A DNA stretch of 64,000 bases from an uncultured Chloroflexia bacterium. Lineage in GTDB: Bacteria; Chloroflexota; Limnocylindria; Limnocylindrales; CSP1-4. Below, in pieces: positions 38,064 to 49,014 of the stretch. The DNA is taken from contig CAWHDR010000002.1 in NCBI GenBank assembly GCA_963828165.1, positions 1 to 64,000 of the forward strand. The letters run 5' to 3'. The notes below the pieces were generated by a model, which saw only the letters and a program-made list of their open reading frames with translations, had not been told where the DNA came from and did no database searches. Both the position numbers and the translations under genes were made by a program. How positions within the stretch are numbered: position 1 is the stretch's first letter; every line of letters starts with the position of its first letter.

Positions 38064-39194
38064 GTGCCCGCCGTCGATGTCAGGCTCCTGGAGGTCGTGA
38101 AGCGATTCGGCGACATGGTCGCGGTCGATCACCTGACCCTCGACATCCAGGACGGCGAGTTCTTCAGCCTGCTGGGGCCATCCGGCTGCGGCAAGACCAC
38201 CACCCTGCGCATGATCGGCGGCTTCGAGGAGCCCACCGCGGGCCTCATCGAGCTGCAGGGCGAGGACGTAACCTGGCTGCCGCCCTTCAAGCGCAACGTG
38301 AACACCGTCTTCCAGAACTACGCGCTGTTCCCGCACCTCACGATCTACGACAACGTCGCCTTCGGCCTGCGTCGCAAGGGCGTCAAGGACGCCGAGGTGA
38401 AGCGACGCGTCACGGAGATGCTGGAGCTCGTCGAGCTCCCCGGCTTCGAGCGCCGCAAGCCCACCCAGATCTCCGGCGGCCAGGCGCAGCGCGTCGCCCT
38501 CGCACGAGCACTCATCAACCGGCCCGCCGTGCTCCTTCTCGACGAACCCCTGGGAGCACTCGATCTGAAGTTGCGCAAGCAGATGCAGGTCGAGCTCAAA
38601 CGCATCCAGCAGGAGGTCGGGATCACGTTCATCTACGTGACCCACGACCAGGAGGAGGCGATGACGATGTCGGATCGGATCGCCGTCATGAACCAGGGCC
38701 ATCTCGAGCAGCTCGGCGACCCGGAAAGCCTGTACGAGCGGCCATCGACCAGGTTCGTCGCTGGCTTCCTTGGAATCAGCAATCTGCTCCCTGGAGCGGT
38801 CGAAGGCACCGATGGGCGCTACGCCACAGTCCGGATGGCGGATACCACGAGCGTCCGTGCCCCCAGCGCACTCGTGGGCTCGCACGCCGACGTCAGCGTC
38901 GGCGTCCGGCCCGAGAAGATCCGCCTTCGCGAGCCCGCGGACGAGACACCCGATGGCCACAACCGGATGACCGGCGTCGTTCGGGACGCGTCGTATCTCG
39001 GCGTGAGCACCCAGTACCTGGTCGAGGCTCGTGGCGGGGCGCGTTTGACCGTCTACGAACAGAATGTCGAGCGCACGACCCGCGCCGAGCTTTGGGCCCC
39101 TGGCGAGGAGGTCCTCCTGACCTGGTCACCTGATCACAGCTTCGTCGTCGTGGATCAACCCACGCCGGCGGCCGATGGCAGCCCCCCGGCATGA
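38064..39194 (+). CDS. potA: Polyamine ABC transporter ATP-binding protein
   Basis: [37 protein letters not shown] domain. Confidence 0.9.
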   Translation: MPAVDVRLLEVVKRFGDMVAVDHLTLDIQDGEFFSLLGPSGCGKTTTLRMIGGFEEPTAGLIELQGEDVTWLPPFKRNVNTVFQNYALFPHLTIYDNVAFGLRRKGVKDAEVKRRVTEMLELVELPGFERRKPTQISGGQAQRVALARALINRPAVLLLDEPLGALDLKLRKQMQVELKRIQQEVGITFIYVTHDQEEAMTMSDRIAVMNQGHLEQLGDPESLYERPSTRFVAGFLGISNLLPGAVEGTDGRYATVRMADTTSVRAPSALVGSHADVSVGVRPEKIRLREPADETPDGHNRMTGVVRDASYLGVSTQYLVEARGGARLTVYEQNVERTTRAELWAPGEEVLLTWSPDHSFVVVDQPTPAADGSPPA

Positions 39195-39224
39195 ACCCGG
39201 ACCCCCGATGAGGAGCAGAACCCG

Positions 39225-40466
39225 ATGACGCAGGACCGCGACCCGGCCATCGCAGAACTCACCCGACGTCGTTTCCTCCAGGGCGCGACGTTGACCGGCG
39301 CGGCCGCATTCCTGGCCGCCTGCGGGCCGACTGGCGGATCCGGGGCACCTGCGTCCGCGCCGCCCCCAGCCGGGTCAGGCGCCGCCGGCAGCCCAGCGCC
39401 CGCGCCCAGCGGGGCTTCGACCCCGACCGGCCCCTTGCATTTCGCGAACTGGGATGCCTACATCGACGTCGAAGAGGACGGTTTGACCTCGCCGACCCTC
39501 GTCGATTTCCAGACCGAGTACGACGTTGAAGTGGACTACGCGAACGCGCAGATCGAGGACAACGAGTCCTTCATGGCCACGATCCGGCCACAGCTCGAGG
39601 CGGGCGTCTCGACGGGCTGGGACCTCATCGTGCTGACCGACTGGATGGCGGCCAAGGTCGTCGAAGCCGGTTGGGCAGAGGAGATCAACCCGGCGAATGT
39701 GCCGACTGCGCTCGCCAACGTTCGCGACGAGCTCAAGGGCCTGCCCTGGGATCCGGACATGAAGTTCCACTTCCCATGGCAGTCGGGTGGCACGGGCGTC
39801 GGGTACAACAGCAAGTCGGTGCCCGCCCCGCTGACGAAGGTGGCGGACCTGTTCGATCCCGCGCTGAGCGGCAAGGTCACGCTCCTGACCGAGACCCGGG
39901 ACACGCTGGCCCTGGTCCACATGGCCCTGCAGGCGCAGGGTCAGGCGTCGGCCAACCCATCAGAAGCGATGACCGTCGACGACGTGCAGGTCGTCCACGA
40001 CTACCTCAAGCCCCTGGTCGACAGCGGCCACATCAAGGCATTTACCGGCAATGAATACCTGACCGACTTCGCGAGCGGCGACACCTGGGCGGCGCTCGTG
40101 TGGTCCGGCGACCTCGCGTCGTCGGCCGGTCCCGACGACGTGTTCGTCTACCCCGAGGAGGGGTCGAACATCTGGACCGACAACATGCTCATCCCCAAGG
40201 GCGCCGAAAACAAGTACACGGCCGAGCTGATGATGGATTGGGTCTACGACGTCGACAACGCCGCGCGGCTGGCGAACTGGATCTACTACCTCAGCCCGGT
40301 GAAGGGTGTCGCCGAAGCGATCACGAAGCTCGACCCGGAGGCCGGCAGCAACCCGCTGCTGTTCCCGCCTGCGGACGTCGTCGCCAAGCAGCACCCTCTG
40401 CCGAACTGGAACGAGGCCGACGAGGCCAAGGTCAACGAGCTCTTCGCCGATCTGACGGGCGTCTAG
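39225..40466 (+). CDS. potD: Polyamine ABC substrate-binding lipoprotein with Tat signal
   Basis: TRRRFL twin-arginine motif plus LAAC; NWDAYI, WSGD, PEEG..WTDNM.IPK. Confidence 0.88.
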   Translation: MTQDRDPAIAELTRRRFLQGATLTGAAAFLAACGPTGGSGAPASAPPPAGSGAAGSPAPAPSGASTPTGPLHFANWDAYIDVEEDGLTSPTLVDFQTEYDVEVDYANAQIEDNESFMATIRPQLEAGVSTGWDLIVLTDWMAAKVVEAGWAEEINPANVPTALANVRDELKGLPWDPDMKFHFPWQSGGTGVGYNSKSVPAPLTKVADLFDPALSGKVTLLTETRDTLALVHMALQAQGQASANPSEAMTVDDVQVVHDYLKPLVDSGHIKAFTGNEYLTDFASGDTWAALVWSGDLASSAGPDDVFVYPEEGSNIWTDNMLIPKGAENKYTAELMMDWVYDVDNAARLANWIYYLSPVKGVAEAITKLDPEAGSNPLLFPPADVVAKQHPLPNWNEADEAKVNELFADLTGV

Positions 40467-40506
40467 CCCGGGCTGACGGGAGCCAGATGGTGCGCAGGGG
40501 TTCCGC

Positions 40507-41536
40507 TTGACCCGGCACCGCTGGCTCCTGCCGTACCTGTTGATGGCGCCGGGCCTGCTGTGGCTCGCCGCCTTTTTCGTCCTGCCCAACCTCCAGATGG
40601 TCCTGATGTCCCTCTCGACCGGGAGCATCAGCCAGGGCTGGACGTTCGCCTGGGACTTCGATAACTACTTCGGGGCGTTCGGGCGCTTCCCCGACAACTT
40701 CCGGAATTCGCTCGTGTACGGCGGCATGGCGACACTGGTCTGCTTCCTCATCGGCTATCCGATGGCGTACGGGATCGCGTTCCGTGGCGGCCGATACAAG
40801 ACCCTGCTGCTGTTCCTTGTCATCGCGCCGTTCTTCACGAGCTTCCTGATCCGGACCATCTCCTGGCGGATCCTGCTCGGGGACCAGGGGCCGTTCCTCG
40901 GCGGTGGTCCGTGACACGCTCGGCGTGGTCCCGCAGAACTTCAGCGTCATCGGGACGCCGCTGGCCGTCGTCGCAGGGCTGATCTACCAGTTCCTGCCGT
41001 TCATGGTGCTCCCGCTCTACGTCGCGCTCGAGAAGATCGACAAACGCCTGATCGAGGCTGCGCGCGATCTGTACGCGGGGCCATGGCGGCGCGGCGGGGC
41101 GATCGCGGGGTCGATCGCCGGAGGTTCCCTGGTCGCCTTCGTCCTGATGGGTCTCGGTCATGCCTCGTTCGAGGAGGGCGGGGTCGTCGGGTTCGCCGCG
41201 GCGGTCGCCGCCGGGGCGGTGGTCGGCGGCCTGATCGGGGCGTTCCTCATCTCCGAATCGTTCGTGCGGGTGACCTGGCCGCTCAGCGTGCCGGGGGTGT
41301 TCGCTGGCTCGATCCTCGTGTTCATCCCGGCGATCGGCGACTTCGTGAACGTCGAGCTGCTCGGCAACCCGAAGTCACAGATGATCGGGAACGTCATCCA
41401 GAACCGGTTCCTGCAGCAGAACGACTATCCGACGGCGGCCGCCCTCTCGTTCATCCTGATGGCCGGGATCCTCCTCGCCATCTTCATCTACGCCCGCGTC
41501 CTCGGCACCGAAGAGCTGACCGGAGGACGATCGTGA
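40507..41536 (+). CDS. potB: Polyamine ABC permease PotB-like; one extra base near 40900; insertion in the EAA loop
   Basis: APFFTSFLIRT, LPFMVLPLY, EAARDL, FIPAIGDF, MIGNVI. Confidence 0.85.
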
Positions 41537-42492
41537 GCGCGACACCGGACGTCGCCCCGGGCCTGACCGTCGCGGCGCGTCGGACCCCTGGCCGAGGCGG
41601 CGGAGTCCTGCGCGCGTTCGAGCGCTGGGGGGTGCCGCTTTTCACGGGCGCGGCGATCTTCTACCTGCTCATCCCGATCCTGGTCATGATCGCGTTCTCG
41701 TTCAACGACCCGCCCGGCCGGTTCAACTTCGTGTGGGGCGAATTCTCCCTCGCGGCCTGGGGGAACCCGTTCGGCCGACCACGGCTGGGCGACGCGCTGA
41801 CGACGAGCCTCGTCGTCGCCTTCATCTCGACGATCGTGGCAACGGCACTCGGAACGCTCATCGGGCTGTCGCTGACGCGGTATCAGTTCCGCGGACGATC
41901 GGCCACGAACCTCTTCGTGTTCATCCCGATGGCGACCCCGGAGATCGTGCTCGGAGCGAGCCTGCTGACGATGTTCGTGGGCACGGCCACCGAGCCCTGG
42001 CGGACGTTGACCGGCGGCGCGTTGTTCCCGCTCGGGATCCAGACGATCCTGATCGCCCACATCATGTTCAACATCAGCTACGTGGTCGTCACCGTGCGTG
42101 CCCGGATGCAGGGGTTTCCGCGGCACCTCGAGGAAGCGGCGATGGACCTCGGGGCGAACGGGTGGACGACCTTCTGGAAAGTGACGTTCCCGCTGATCCT
42201 GCCGGGCATCCTGGCCGCCGGATTGCTCGCATTCTCGCTGTCGATCGACGACTTCATCATCACGCAGTTCACGTCAGGGACCGAGCAGACCTTCCCGGTC
42301 TGGGTCTGGGCCAGCATCCGCAACAACCTGCCGCCACAGATCCACGTGATCGGCACGATGGTGTTCGTGGTGGCCGTCGGGCTCGTGGCGTTGAACACGA
42401 TCCTCACCGGTCGTCGAGAGGCGCGCGACCGCCGGATCGCGCTGGAAGAGGCGGCCGGCGCCAGGAAGGCGCGACTGGCAATGCCCGAGTGA
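41533..42492 (+). CDS. potC: Polyamine ABC permease PotC-like
   Basis: FSFN, PEIVLG, LEEAAMDLGA, FSLSIDDF. Confidence 0.88.
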   Translation: MSATPDVAPGLTVAARRTPGRGGGVLRAFERWGVPLFTGAAIFYLLIPILVMIAFSFNDPPGRFNFVWGEFSLAAWGNPFGRPRLGDALTTSLVVAFISTIVATALGTLIGLSLTRYQFRGRSATNLFVFIPMATPEIVLGASLLTMFVGTATEPWRTLTGGALFPLGIQTILIAHIMFNISYVVVTVRARMQGFPRHLEEAAMDLGANGWTTFWKVTFPLILPGILAAGLLAFSLSIDDFIITQFTSGTEQTFPVWVWASIRNNLPPQIHVIGTMVFVVAVGLVALNTILTGRREARDRRIALEEAAGARKARLAMPE

Positions 42493-42537
42493 CCGAGTCG
42501 TCGCCACGCTCAGCGCCAGCCAGTTCGCTCGACCTCC

Positions 42538-43425
42538 TCAGTCCGAGGTAGGCACCGCAGACAACGCCCCCGGACGAAGTCGCTCCAGGATGGCGCCGTG
42601 CAGCCGGCCGTTCGACGCCAGGAACGTGCCCGAATCGATCGCGCGGCGACCCTCGAAGTCGGTGGCGCGACCGCCGGCCTCCTCGATGATCACCGTCGGT
42701 GCGGCCGCATCCCAGGACGACAGGCCGACCTCGACCACCCCCTCGGCGGCGCCCTCGGCGAGCAGCGCGTACCCCCAGAAGTCGCCGAAGCCCCGTTCCC
42801 GCCAGACGTCGCGGAGCAGGTCATCGAAGCCCGGCGCGAGTCCGGACCCGACGATGTCTCGCCCCGAGCCGTAGAGGATCTGCGCGTCGGCAAGGTCGGC
42901 GACACCCGAGACGGCGATCCGGCGTGCGGCCACCCCCCGGTTCCGCGCCCATGCTCCGCCGCCGCGGTGCGCCCACCAGCGCTCGTCGAGGGCTGGCGCC
43001 GACATCACGGCAGCCTGGAGGTCCCCATCACGCTCCACGGCGAGGAGCGTCCCGAACAACGGCACCCCACGGATGTAGTTGTGTGTGCCGTCGATCGGGT
43101 CGATGTACCAGCGCACGGACGCATCGCCCGCCTCGGTGCCGTATTCCTCGCCGACGAGGCCGTGGTCAGGGAACGCGTCGGCCAGACGCTCGCGGATGCG
43201 GGCCTCGATCGCGGTGTCCGCCTGGGTAACGAACGTGTGGTCGGGCTTGGTCGTGATCTGCAGGTCCCGGCGGAAATGCTGCCGGGCGATGTCGTCGGCC
43301 TCGTCGCACGCGGCGATCGCGACCTCGAGCCAGCCGCGGAGCTCGGCATCCGTGCCACGCCGGAGCGAAGCGGACCACGCGGGTCCGAAGACGCCCTCGC
43401 CGGGCGCCACGTGCTGGTCAGTCAT
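42538..43425 (-). CDS. hisN: Inositol-monophosphatase family protein, histidinol-phosphatase-like
   Basis: GEE, IDPIDGT.NYIRG.P, RGFGDFWGY, WDAAA. Confidence 0.82.
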   Translation of the reverse strand: MTDQHVAPGEGVFGPAWSASLRRGTDAELRGWLEVAIAACDEADDIARQHFRRDLQITTKPDHTFVTQADTAIEARIRERLADAFPDHGLVGEEYGTEAGDASVRWYIDPIDGTHNYIRGVPLFGTLLAVERDGDLQAAVMSAPALDERWWAHRGGGAWARNRGVAARRIAVSGVADLADAQILYGSGRDIVGSGLAPGFDDLLRDVWRERGFGDFWGYALLAEGAAEGVVEVGLSSWDAAAPTVIIEEAGGRATDFEGRRAIDSGTFLASNGRLHGAILERLRPGALSAVPTSD

Positions 43426-45876
43426 GCACGGATCCTCTCGTTCGTCGGGTCGTACAGGGGCTCGCGGACGACCTCGAAGCCCACCCACTCGCCGAAGAGC
43501 TCGATCTCCCCGCGCGTCCCGACGCCGCGGTCCGGCGGAAGGTACGCGTACGCGATCGAGCGCTCGACCGTGAAGCCGTACCCGCCGCTCGTCACCCGAC
43601 CGACGACCTCGCCCTCCACGCGGACCGGTTCGTTGCCAAGGGCGACGGCGAGCGGGTGGTCGAGGACCAGGCATCGGAGGCGTTTAGCGGGACCCACCGC
43701 CTTGGCTGCGACCAGTGCATCGTGGGCCATGGCCGGGACCGATTTGTCGAGCGCCACCGCGAACCCGAGCCCGGCGTCGAACGGGGTCTCGTCAGGCGTG
43801 ATGTCGGACGACCAGACCCGGTAACCCTTCTCGAGCCGAAGTGCCTCGATCGCCCGGTAGCCGCCCGCGACCAGGCCATGGTCGTGACCCGCCTCCCAGA
43901 GGCTGGCCCACAGGACGCGGCCGTATTCGGTCGGCGCGTACAGCTCCCACCCGAGCTCGCCGACGTACGTGACCCGCACGGCGAGCACCGGCACGAAACC
44001 CACGGTGATCTCGCGCGCGGTGAGGTACGGGAAGCCGGCGTTCGAGACGTCGTCGCGCGTGACCGCCGAGAGGATGTCGCGCGCCCGCGGTCCCCACAGC
44101 CCGAAGCACACCCGGGCCGAGGTGATGTCGCGGACCTCAGCGGAACCATCGTCCGGCAGATTGCTGCGCAGCCACGCGGCGTCGTGGTTGCCGTAGGCGG
44201 TGCCCGTGACCAGCAGGAACCGCTCTGGGCCCAGGCGCGTGACGGTCAGGTCGGCCTGGATCCCGCCACGCCGATCGAGCAGTTGGGTGTACACCATCGA
44301 GCCGATCGCACGATCGACATCGTTCCCGGCCACACCCTGGAGGAAGGCGCAGGCACCCGGCCCCACGACCTCGAGTTTCGCAAACGACGTTTCATCGAAC
44401 AGCGCGGCGGCTCGGCGCGTGGCGAGGGCTTCCGCTGCGATCGCGGGCGACCAATGTCGTCCCGCCCAGCCCCGCGGGTCGCAGGCGCTCCAGCGTGTCG
44501 CGCCCACCAAGGCGCGGGTCGTCGGCGTTGGGCTCGAACCAGTTGGGGCGCTCCCAACCGGACTTCTCCCCAAAGACGGCCCCGAGGCCCTCCAGGACCT
44601 CGAACGTCGGCGACGTCCGCAGGGGACGCCCGGCCGTTCGCTCCTCGTTGGGGTAGTGGATGTCGTAGTAGGTCGCGTAGTTCTCGATCGATCGGGCCAG
44701 GGTGTACGCCCCCGACCGATACGCGGACCCGAATCGCCGGATGTCCATCTTCCAGAGGTCCAGCTCGGGTTCCCCTTCGACGATCCAGGTCGCCATCTGC
44801 CGCCCGATGCCACCCGCGCCGGCGATGCCGTGGGCCGAGAAGCCGGCGGCCACCCAGAAGCCCCGCACATCCGACTCACCGAGGATGAACTCGTTGTCCG
44901 GGGTGAAGGCCTCGGGTCCGTTGATCACGCGGCTGACCCGCGCATCCGCCATCGCTGGGACGCGCCGGATCGCCCCATCCATGATGGACTCGAAGCGCGG
45001 CATGTCCGGGGCGAGGAGCTTGCCGTTGAAGTCCGCTGGGATCCCGTCAAGTCCCCAGGGCGCCGGATCTCGCTCGTAGCCACCCATGCACAAGCCCCCG
45101 ACCTCTTCGCGGAAATAGACGAGGTTGTCCGGGTCGCGGAGCTGGGGCAGGCCGGGATGGACCCCGTCGATCGCTTCGGTGAACAGGTACTGGTGTGCGA
45201 TCGGGATCAGGGGCACGGTCACGCCGACCATCCGACCGATGTCGGGCGCGAAGATGCCGCCGGCGTTGACGACGACCTCGGCCCGGATCTCCTCCCGCTC
45301 GCCCCGATGCTCGACCGTGACGCCCGTGATCCGGCCACGTTCGGCCCCGATGGCGACGACCCTGGTGTGCGGCCGGATCGTGGCTCCGCGCTGGCGGGCG
45401 CCCGCTGCGAGCCCCTGGGCGAGGCCGCTCGGGTCCAGCCAACCGTCGGTCGGGAGATGGACGGCGCCCAGCACGCCGTCAGTCGACATCAACGGGAACA
45501 GCGACCTGGCCTCCTCGGGGCCGATGAGATCGACTGGAAGCCCGAAGGTCTTGGCCCAACCCGCCTGCCGGCGCAGCTCCTCGAGGCGCTCGGGGCTGGA
45601 CGCCAAACGAATGGACCCGACGTCGTGCCATGAGGGATCCACGCCCGTCTCGGCCGCGAGCCGGCGGTACAGCTCCGTGCCGTACATCATCATCCGGGTC
45701 AGCGTGGCCGAGCCGCGAAGCTGCCCGACGAGGCCGGCCGAATGGAACGTCGAGCCGCTTGTCAGCTCCGCCCGCTCCACGAGCACGATGTCGCGCCAGC
45801 CGAGCTCGGCAAGGTGATACGCGATCGAGGTGCCGCCCACCCCACCGCCGATGATCACCGCCCGGGCGTGCTGCAT
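43422..45876 (-). CDS. GcvT-family FAD-dependent oxidoreductase (dimethylglycine/sarcosine dehydrogenase-like); one extra base near 44477
   Basis: IIGGGVGG, TSGSTFHSAG, GPEAFTPD, GWERPNWF; then YVGELGWELY and LRLEKGY in the next frame. Confidence 0.92.
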
Positions 45877-46009
45877 CGCTGCGTGCGTCTCCCCTTCCTG
45901 AGCGACACCGATGGGATCCGAGCGACGGACACGGGCATCCGACCCATCGACAGCCTAGCGGGGCGGACGTTCGTGCGTCGGACCCGGTCGTGGACCCAGT
46001 GCGGACCAC

Positions 46010-46576
46010 TCAGTCCTGATCGATGGCCCGCGCGTTCACGACGACCCCTGTCCAGAACTCCACGGCCGCCCGTTCGTAGAGCAGCCCCATCCGCAACGTC
46101 TGGCCTCGCCAGTGTTCGATCGTCCGCTCGCCGGACCTACCAGGCTGGCGCTCGAGACGTTCGTCCTCCTCGTACGCCGCCAGCTTCGCCTGATGGAGCG
46201 CCAGCTGTTGCTCGGCGACGCGCACGCGAGCGTCCACCGGAGCAAGGTCTGCGAAGAAGAGCTGCAGTAGACCCAGGTCGCGAAGCTCGGTGGTCGCGCC
46301 AGACGGCCGTTCGAGCCACGAGCTCAGCGCCGCACTCCCGGCGGGGGTGATGGCAAAGAGACGCCGGCGGCGGCCCAATTCTTCGCGGGTCTCCGTGGCC
46401 AATCCCATCGCCGCCAGTCGGGGCGGTTCGCTGTAGAGCAGCGTGTGTGGGAAGGACCAAAAGTTTCCAAGGGTGGCCCGGACGTGCTGCTCCAGATCAT
46501 AGGGCGTTGAGGGTCCCTCTCTGGCAAGGAGGCCCAGGACGAGATACGACGTGGGGGACAGCCGTTCGGTTGACAT
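46010..46576 (-). CDS. PadR-family transcriptional regulator
   Basis: VLGLL..TPYDL..FWS..LYSEPPRL..RRLFAITPAG. Confidence 0.9.
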   Translation of the reverse strand: MSTERLSPTSYLVLGLLAREGPSTPYDLEQHVRATLGNFWSFPHTLLYSEPPRLAAMGLATETREELGRRRRLFAITPAGSAALSSWLERPSGATTELRDLGLLQLFFADLAPVDARVRVAEQQLALHQAKLAAYEEDERLERQPGRSGERTIEHWRGQTLRMGLLYERAAVEFWTGVVVNARAIDQD

Positions 46577-46598
46577 ACTGCGTACCGTACCATACGCT
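46570..46598 (+). promoter_or_regulatory. Sigma70-type promoter facing the M23 gene and overlapping the padR start
   Basis: TTGACA(46570)-N17-TACGCT(46593); opposing TATGGT -10 at 46589-46594. Confidence 0.55.
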
Positions 46599-46726
46599 TT
46601 GCATCATTCGCTTCGTAGGAACTTCGACCAGAAGCCGGGGAAATTCGGACCTGGTGAGCGCAACAAATGGCGCCCGATTTCTGGACACGAGCCTTTCGGC
46701 GCGGACCAAAGGAAGGGTGGTTCTCG

Positions 46727-47350
46727 ATGACCACACAGATCGAACATGCGACGGAGCGCATGCCCCGACGAGCAACGGCGACGCGACTGCGTCAACTCGG
46801 CAGTCTCGCCTTCGGCGTGATCCTGGCGACCGTCCTCGTGGCCGCTCCCGTATCAGCTCACACGGTGACCTGGAACGAGGCCACGTACACCACGCCAGTG
46901 ACAAATCCGTGTCGTGGGGTGAGTTCATGGTATGGCCAGGGCGGCCACACCTGGGCAAGCGGTCAGTACTACGCGATCGATGTCGTCGTCCCGACCGGAA
47001 CGCCGATCTATGCGCCCAAGGCCGGTTACGCCTGGTATCAGTGGAACACGGGCGGCGGCAACATGATCAATATCAAGCACACCGAGACCGGTGGCTCCTT
47101 GACGTCGGTACTCGCCCACCTGAGCTCCGTGCTGATCCGCACGGACGGCGTCACCCAGTGGGTCAACAAGAACCAGTTGATCGGATACTCCGGATCCTCC
47201 GGTCAGGTGACGGGCCCTCACCTGCATTGGCAGATGAACGTGTCCGACCATATGTCCGACAGCAATTACGGGGCAATCCTGAACGGCATCCCCGGAGTGA
47301 TGGACAACTGGTCGCCACGAAAGATCTGTGGAACCGAGGGCGGCGTCTAG
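46727..47350 (+). CDS. Secreted M23-family metallopeptidase
   Basis: Signal peptide, GHT..YAID, GTPIYAP, AHL, IGYSGSSG..TGPHLHW. Confidence 0.88.
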   Translation: MTTQIEHATERMPRRATATRLRQLGSLAFGVILATVLVAAPVSAHTVTWNEATYTTPVTNPCRGVSSWYGQGGHTWASGQYYAIDVVVPTGTPIYAPKAGYAWYQWNTGGGNMINIKHTETGGSLTSVLAHLSSVLIRTDGVTQWVNKNQLIGYSGSSGQVTGPHLHWQMNVSDHMSDSNYGAILNGIPGVMDNWSPRKICGTEGGV

Positions 47351-47370
47351 CACCCCCGACTCCCTGAACC

Positions 47371-47408
47371 TGAGGCCGGACCGCCGAGTGGCGGTCCGGC
47401 CTCATTTT
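47371..47408 (+). terminator. Intrinsic terminator between convergent genes
   Basis: tgaggccggaccgcc-gagt-ggcggtccggcctca 15-bp perfect stem followed by tttt. Confidence 0.85.
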
Positions 47409-47463
47409 CATGCGCAGCCTTCGTTGCGGACGGCCAGGGAACGACTCACCGACGAACTGGCCG

Positions 47464-48936
47464 TCAACTGGCGGGGATCGCCTCGTCGAGGTTCGAGACG
47501 GCGGCTTTGAGCTCCTCCATCGCGCCGCCCTGGACCCGGTCGTCGATCTTGTCGATATCGCCGCTCAGCCGGGCGGTCCGGTCCCGCGCCTGGCCGTAGT
47601 TGCCTGCCTCGAGCGCCCTCCTGATCTCGCCCGCGCGTTTCCGGAGCGTGTCGACGTCCTTCTTCCGGATCTCATCGTCGGCCGCGACGCCCTCGATCGC
47701 CGCGTCGACACGGTCGAGCCTGGTGAAGGCTTCTGCCGCCGGATCGGGCGGCGGTGTCGGTTCCGGGGTCCGTGTCGGCGCGGGGGTTGCCGACGGCGTC
47801 GCGACGGCCGACGGGCTCGCGCTGGTGGTCGCGGACGCGGTGGGCGTCGGGTCTGCGCCAGCCCCGCCGCGGTCGCCCAGGAGCGATGTCAGGCCCAGGA
47901 GCGCGACCAGGGCGAGCCCGATGACGCCGACGGCGAGCAGGCCGACCGGTGGGCCTGGGCGCTCGGCACGCGTGACACCTGGCGCATCTGCCGGCCACGC
48001 CGGGCGGATGTCGGTGACCGTTGCCTCGCTCGGGTCGCTCGGGTCGGCGGCCGCAGACATGGCGGGGACGATCGCGGGTCCGGCACCCGGGCGCCCGCTG
48101 GCGCCAGACAGCGCCGCCGCCAATCCCTCGGCCAGTTCCACCGGCGCCGGTCGCGCCATCGGGTCGGCCGTCAGTGCGGCGGCGATCGGCGCGTCGAACG
48201 CCGTGCCGAGCTCGGGGACGGTCGACGACACGGTTGGTGCCGGCTCGCCGTGCGATTGGACGAGCTCCGTTACCGCCGTGGCTGGCCTGGGAAGGTGTCC
48301 GGTCAATCCCTGGAACGCGACGACCCCGAGCGCGTAGACGTCACTCGCCGGCGTGGCGGGGTCTCCCCGCAGGAGCTCCGGGGCGATGTAGGCAAGCGTC
48401 CCGACCGTCGCCCCGCTCACGGTCAGCGAGGTCAGATGCGACGCTTGCTCGGAACGCGCCAGCCCGAAGTCCGCGAGTTGGGCGCGCTCATGGTCGAACA
48501 GGATGTTGTGCGGCTTGACGTCGCGATGGACGAACCCTCGAGCGTGCAGGTCCGCGAGCCCGGCCGCGACCGCGCCGATGACGTCGACGACCTCATCCGG
48601 CTCGAGGCGGCCGCGGGTGCGCAGTCGGTCCGCGAGCGACCCTCCGTCACACAGCTCCATGACGTAGAACGGCTCGCGGCCGGTGGTGGGGTCTCCCGCC
48701 TCCACGTCGAAAACCTTCACGACGCTCGGGTGGGACGTGGCGGCAAGCGCCAGGGCCTCGCGCTCGAAGCGCTGGGCCAGGATGGGATCCGCGGCCAGGT
48801 TCGGCAGGAGGACCTTGACCGCGACCTCGCGCTCGAGTCGGAGATCGGTAGCTCGATAGACCGAGGCCATCCCGCCGACGCCGATCGGCGCCTCGATCCG
48901 GTAACGCTCGGCGAGTACGTCACCGATGATGGGCAT
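47464..48936 (-). CDS. Membrane-anchored Hanks-type Ser/Thr protein kinase
   Basis: IGVGGMASV, VAVK, HRDVKPHN, DFG, APE, DVYALG; TM helix, P/T linker, helical extracellular domain. Confidence 0.94.
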   Translation of the reverse strand: MPIIGDVLAERYRIEAPIGVGGMASVYRATDLRLEREVAVKVLLPNLAADPILAQRFEREALALAATSHPSVVKVFDVEAGDPTTGREPFYVMELCDGGSLADRLRTRGRLEPDEVVDVIGAVAAGLADLHARGFVHRDVKPHNILFDHERAQLADFGLARSEQASHLTSLTVSGATVGTLAYIAPELLRGDPATPASDVYALGVVAFQGLTGHLPRPATAVTELVQSHGEPAPTVSSTVPELGTAFDAPIAAALTADPMARPAPVELAEGLAAALSGASGRPGAGPAIVPAMSAAADPSDPSEATVTDIRPAWPADAPGVTRAERPGPPVGLLAVGVIGLALVALLGLTSLLGDRGGAGADPTPTASATTSASPSAVATPSATPAPTRTPEPTPPPDPAAEAFTRLDRVDAAIEGVAADDEIRKKDVDTLRKRAGEIRRALEAGNYGQARDRTARLSGDIDKIDDRVQGGAMEELKAAVSNLDEAIPAS

Positions 48937-49014
48937 GCCCGGCAGCCTACTCGACGGCGTGCTTCGAGGCGCGCCACGCCGTCATGGACCGCCATCGTCT
49001 AGGCTGGCGCGCGC

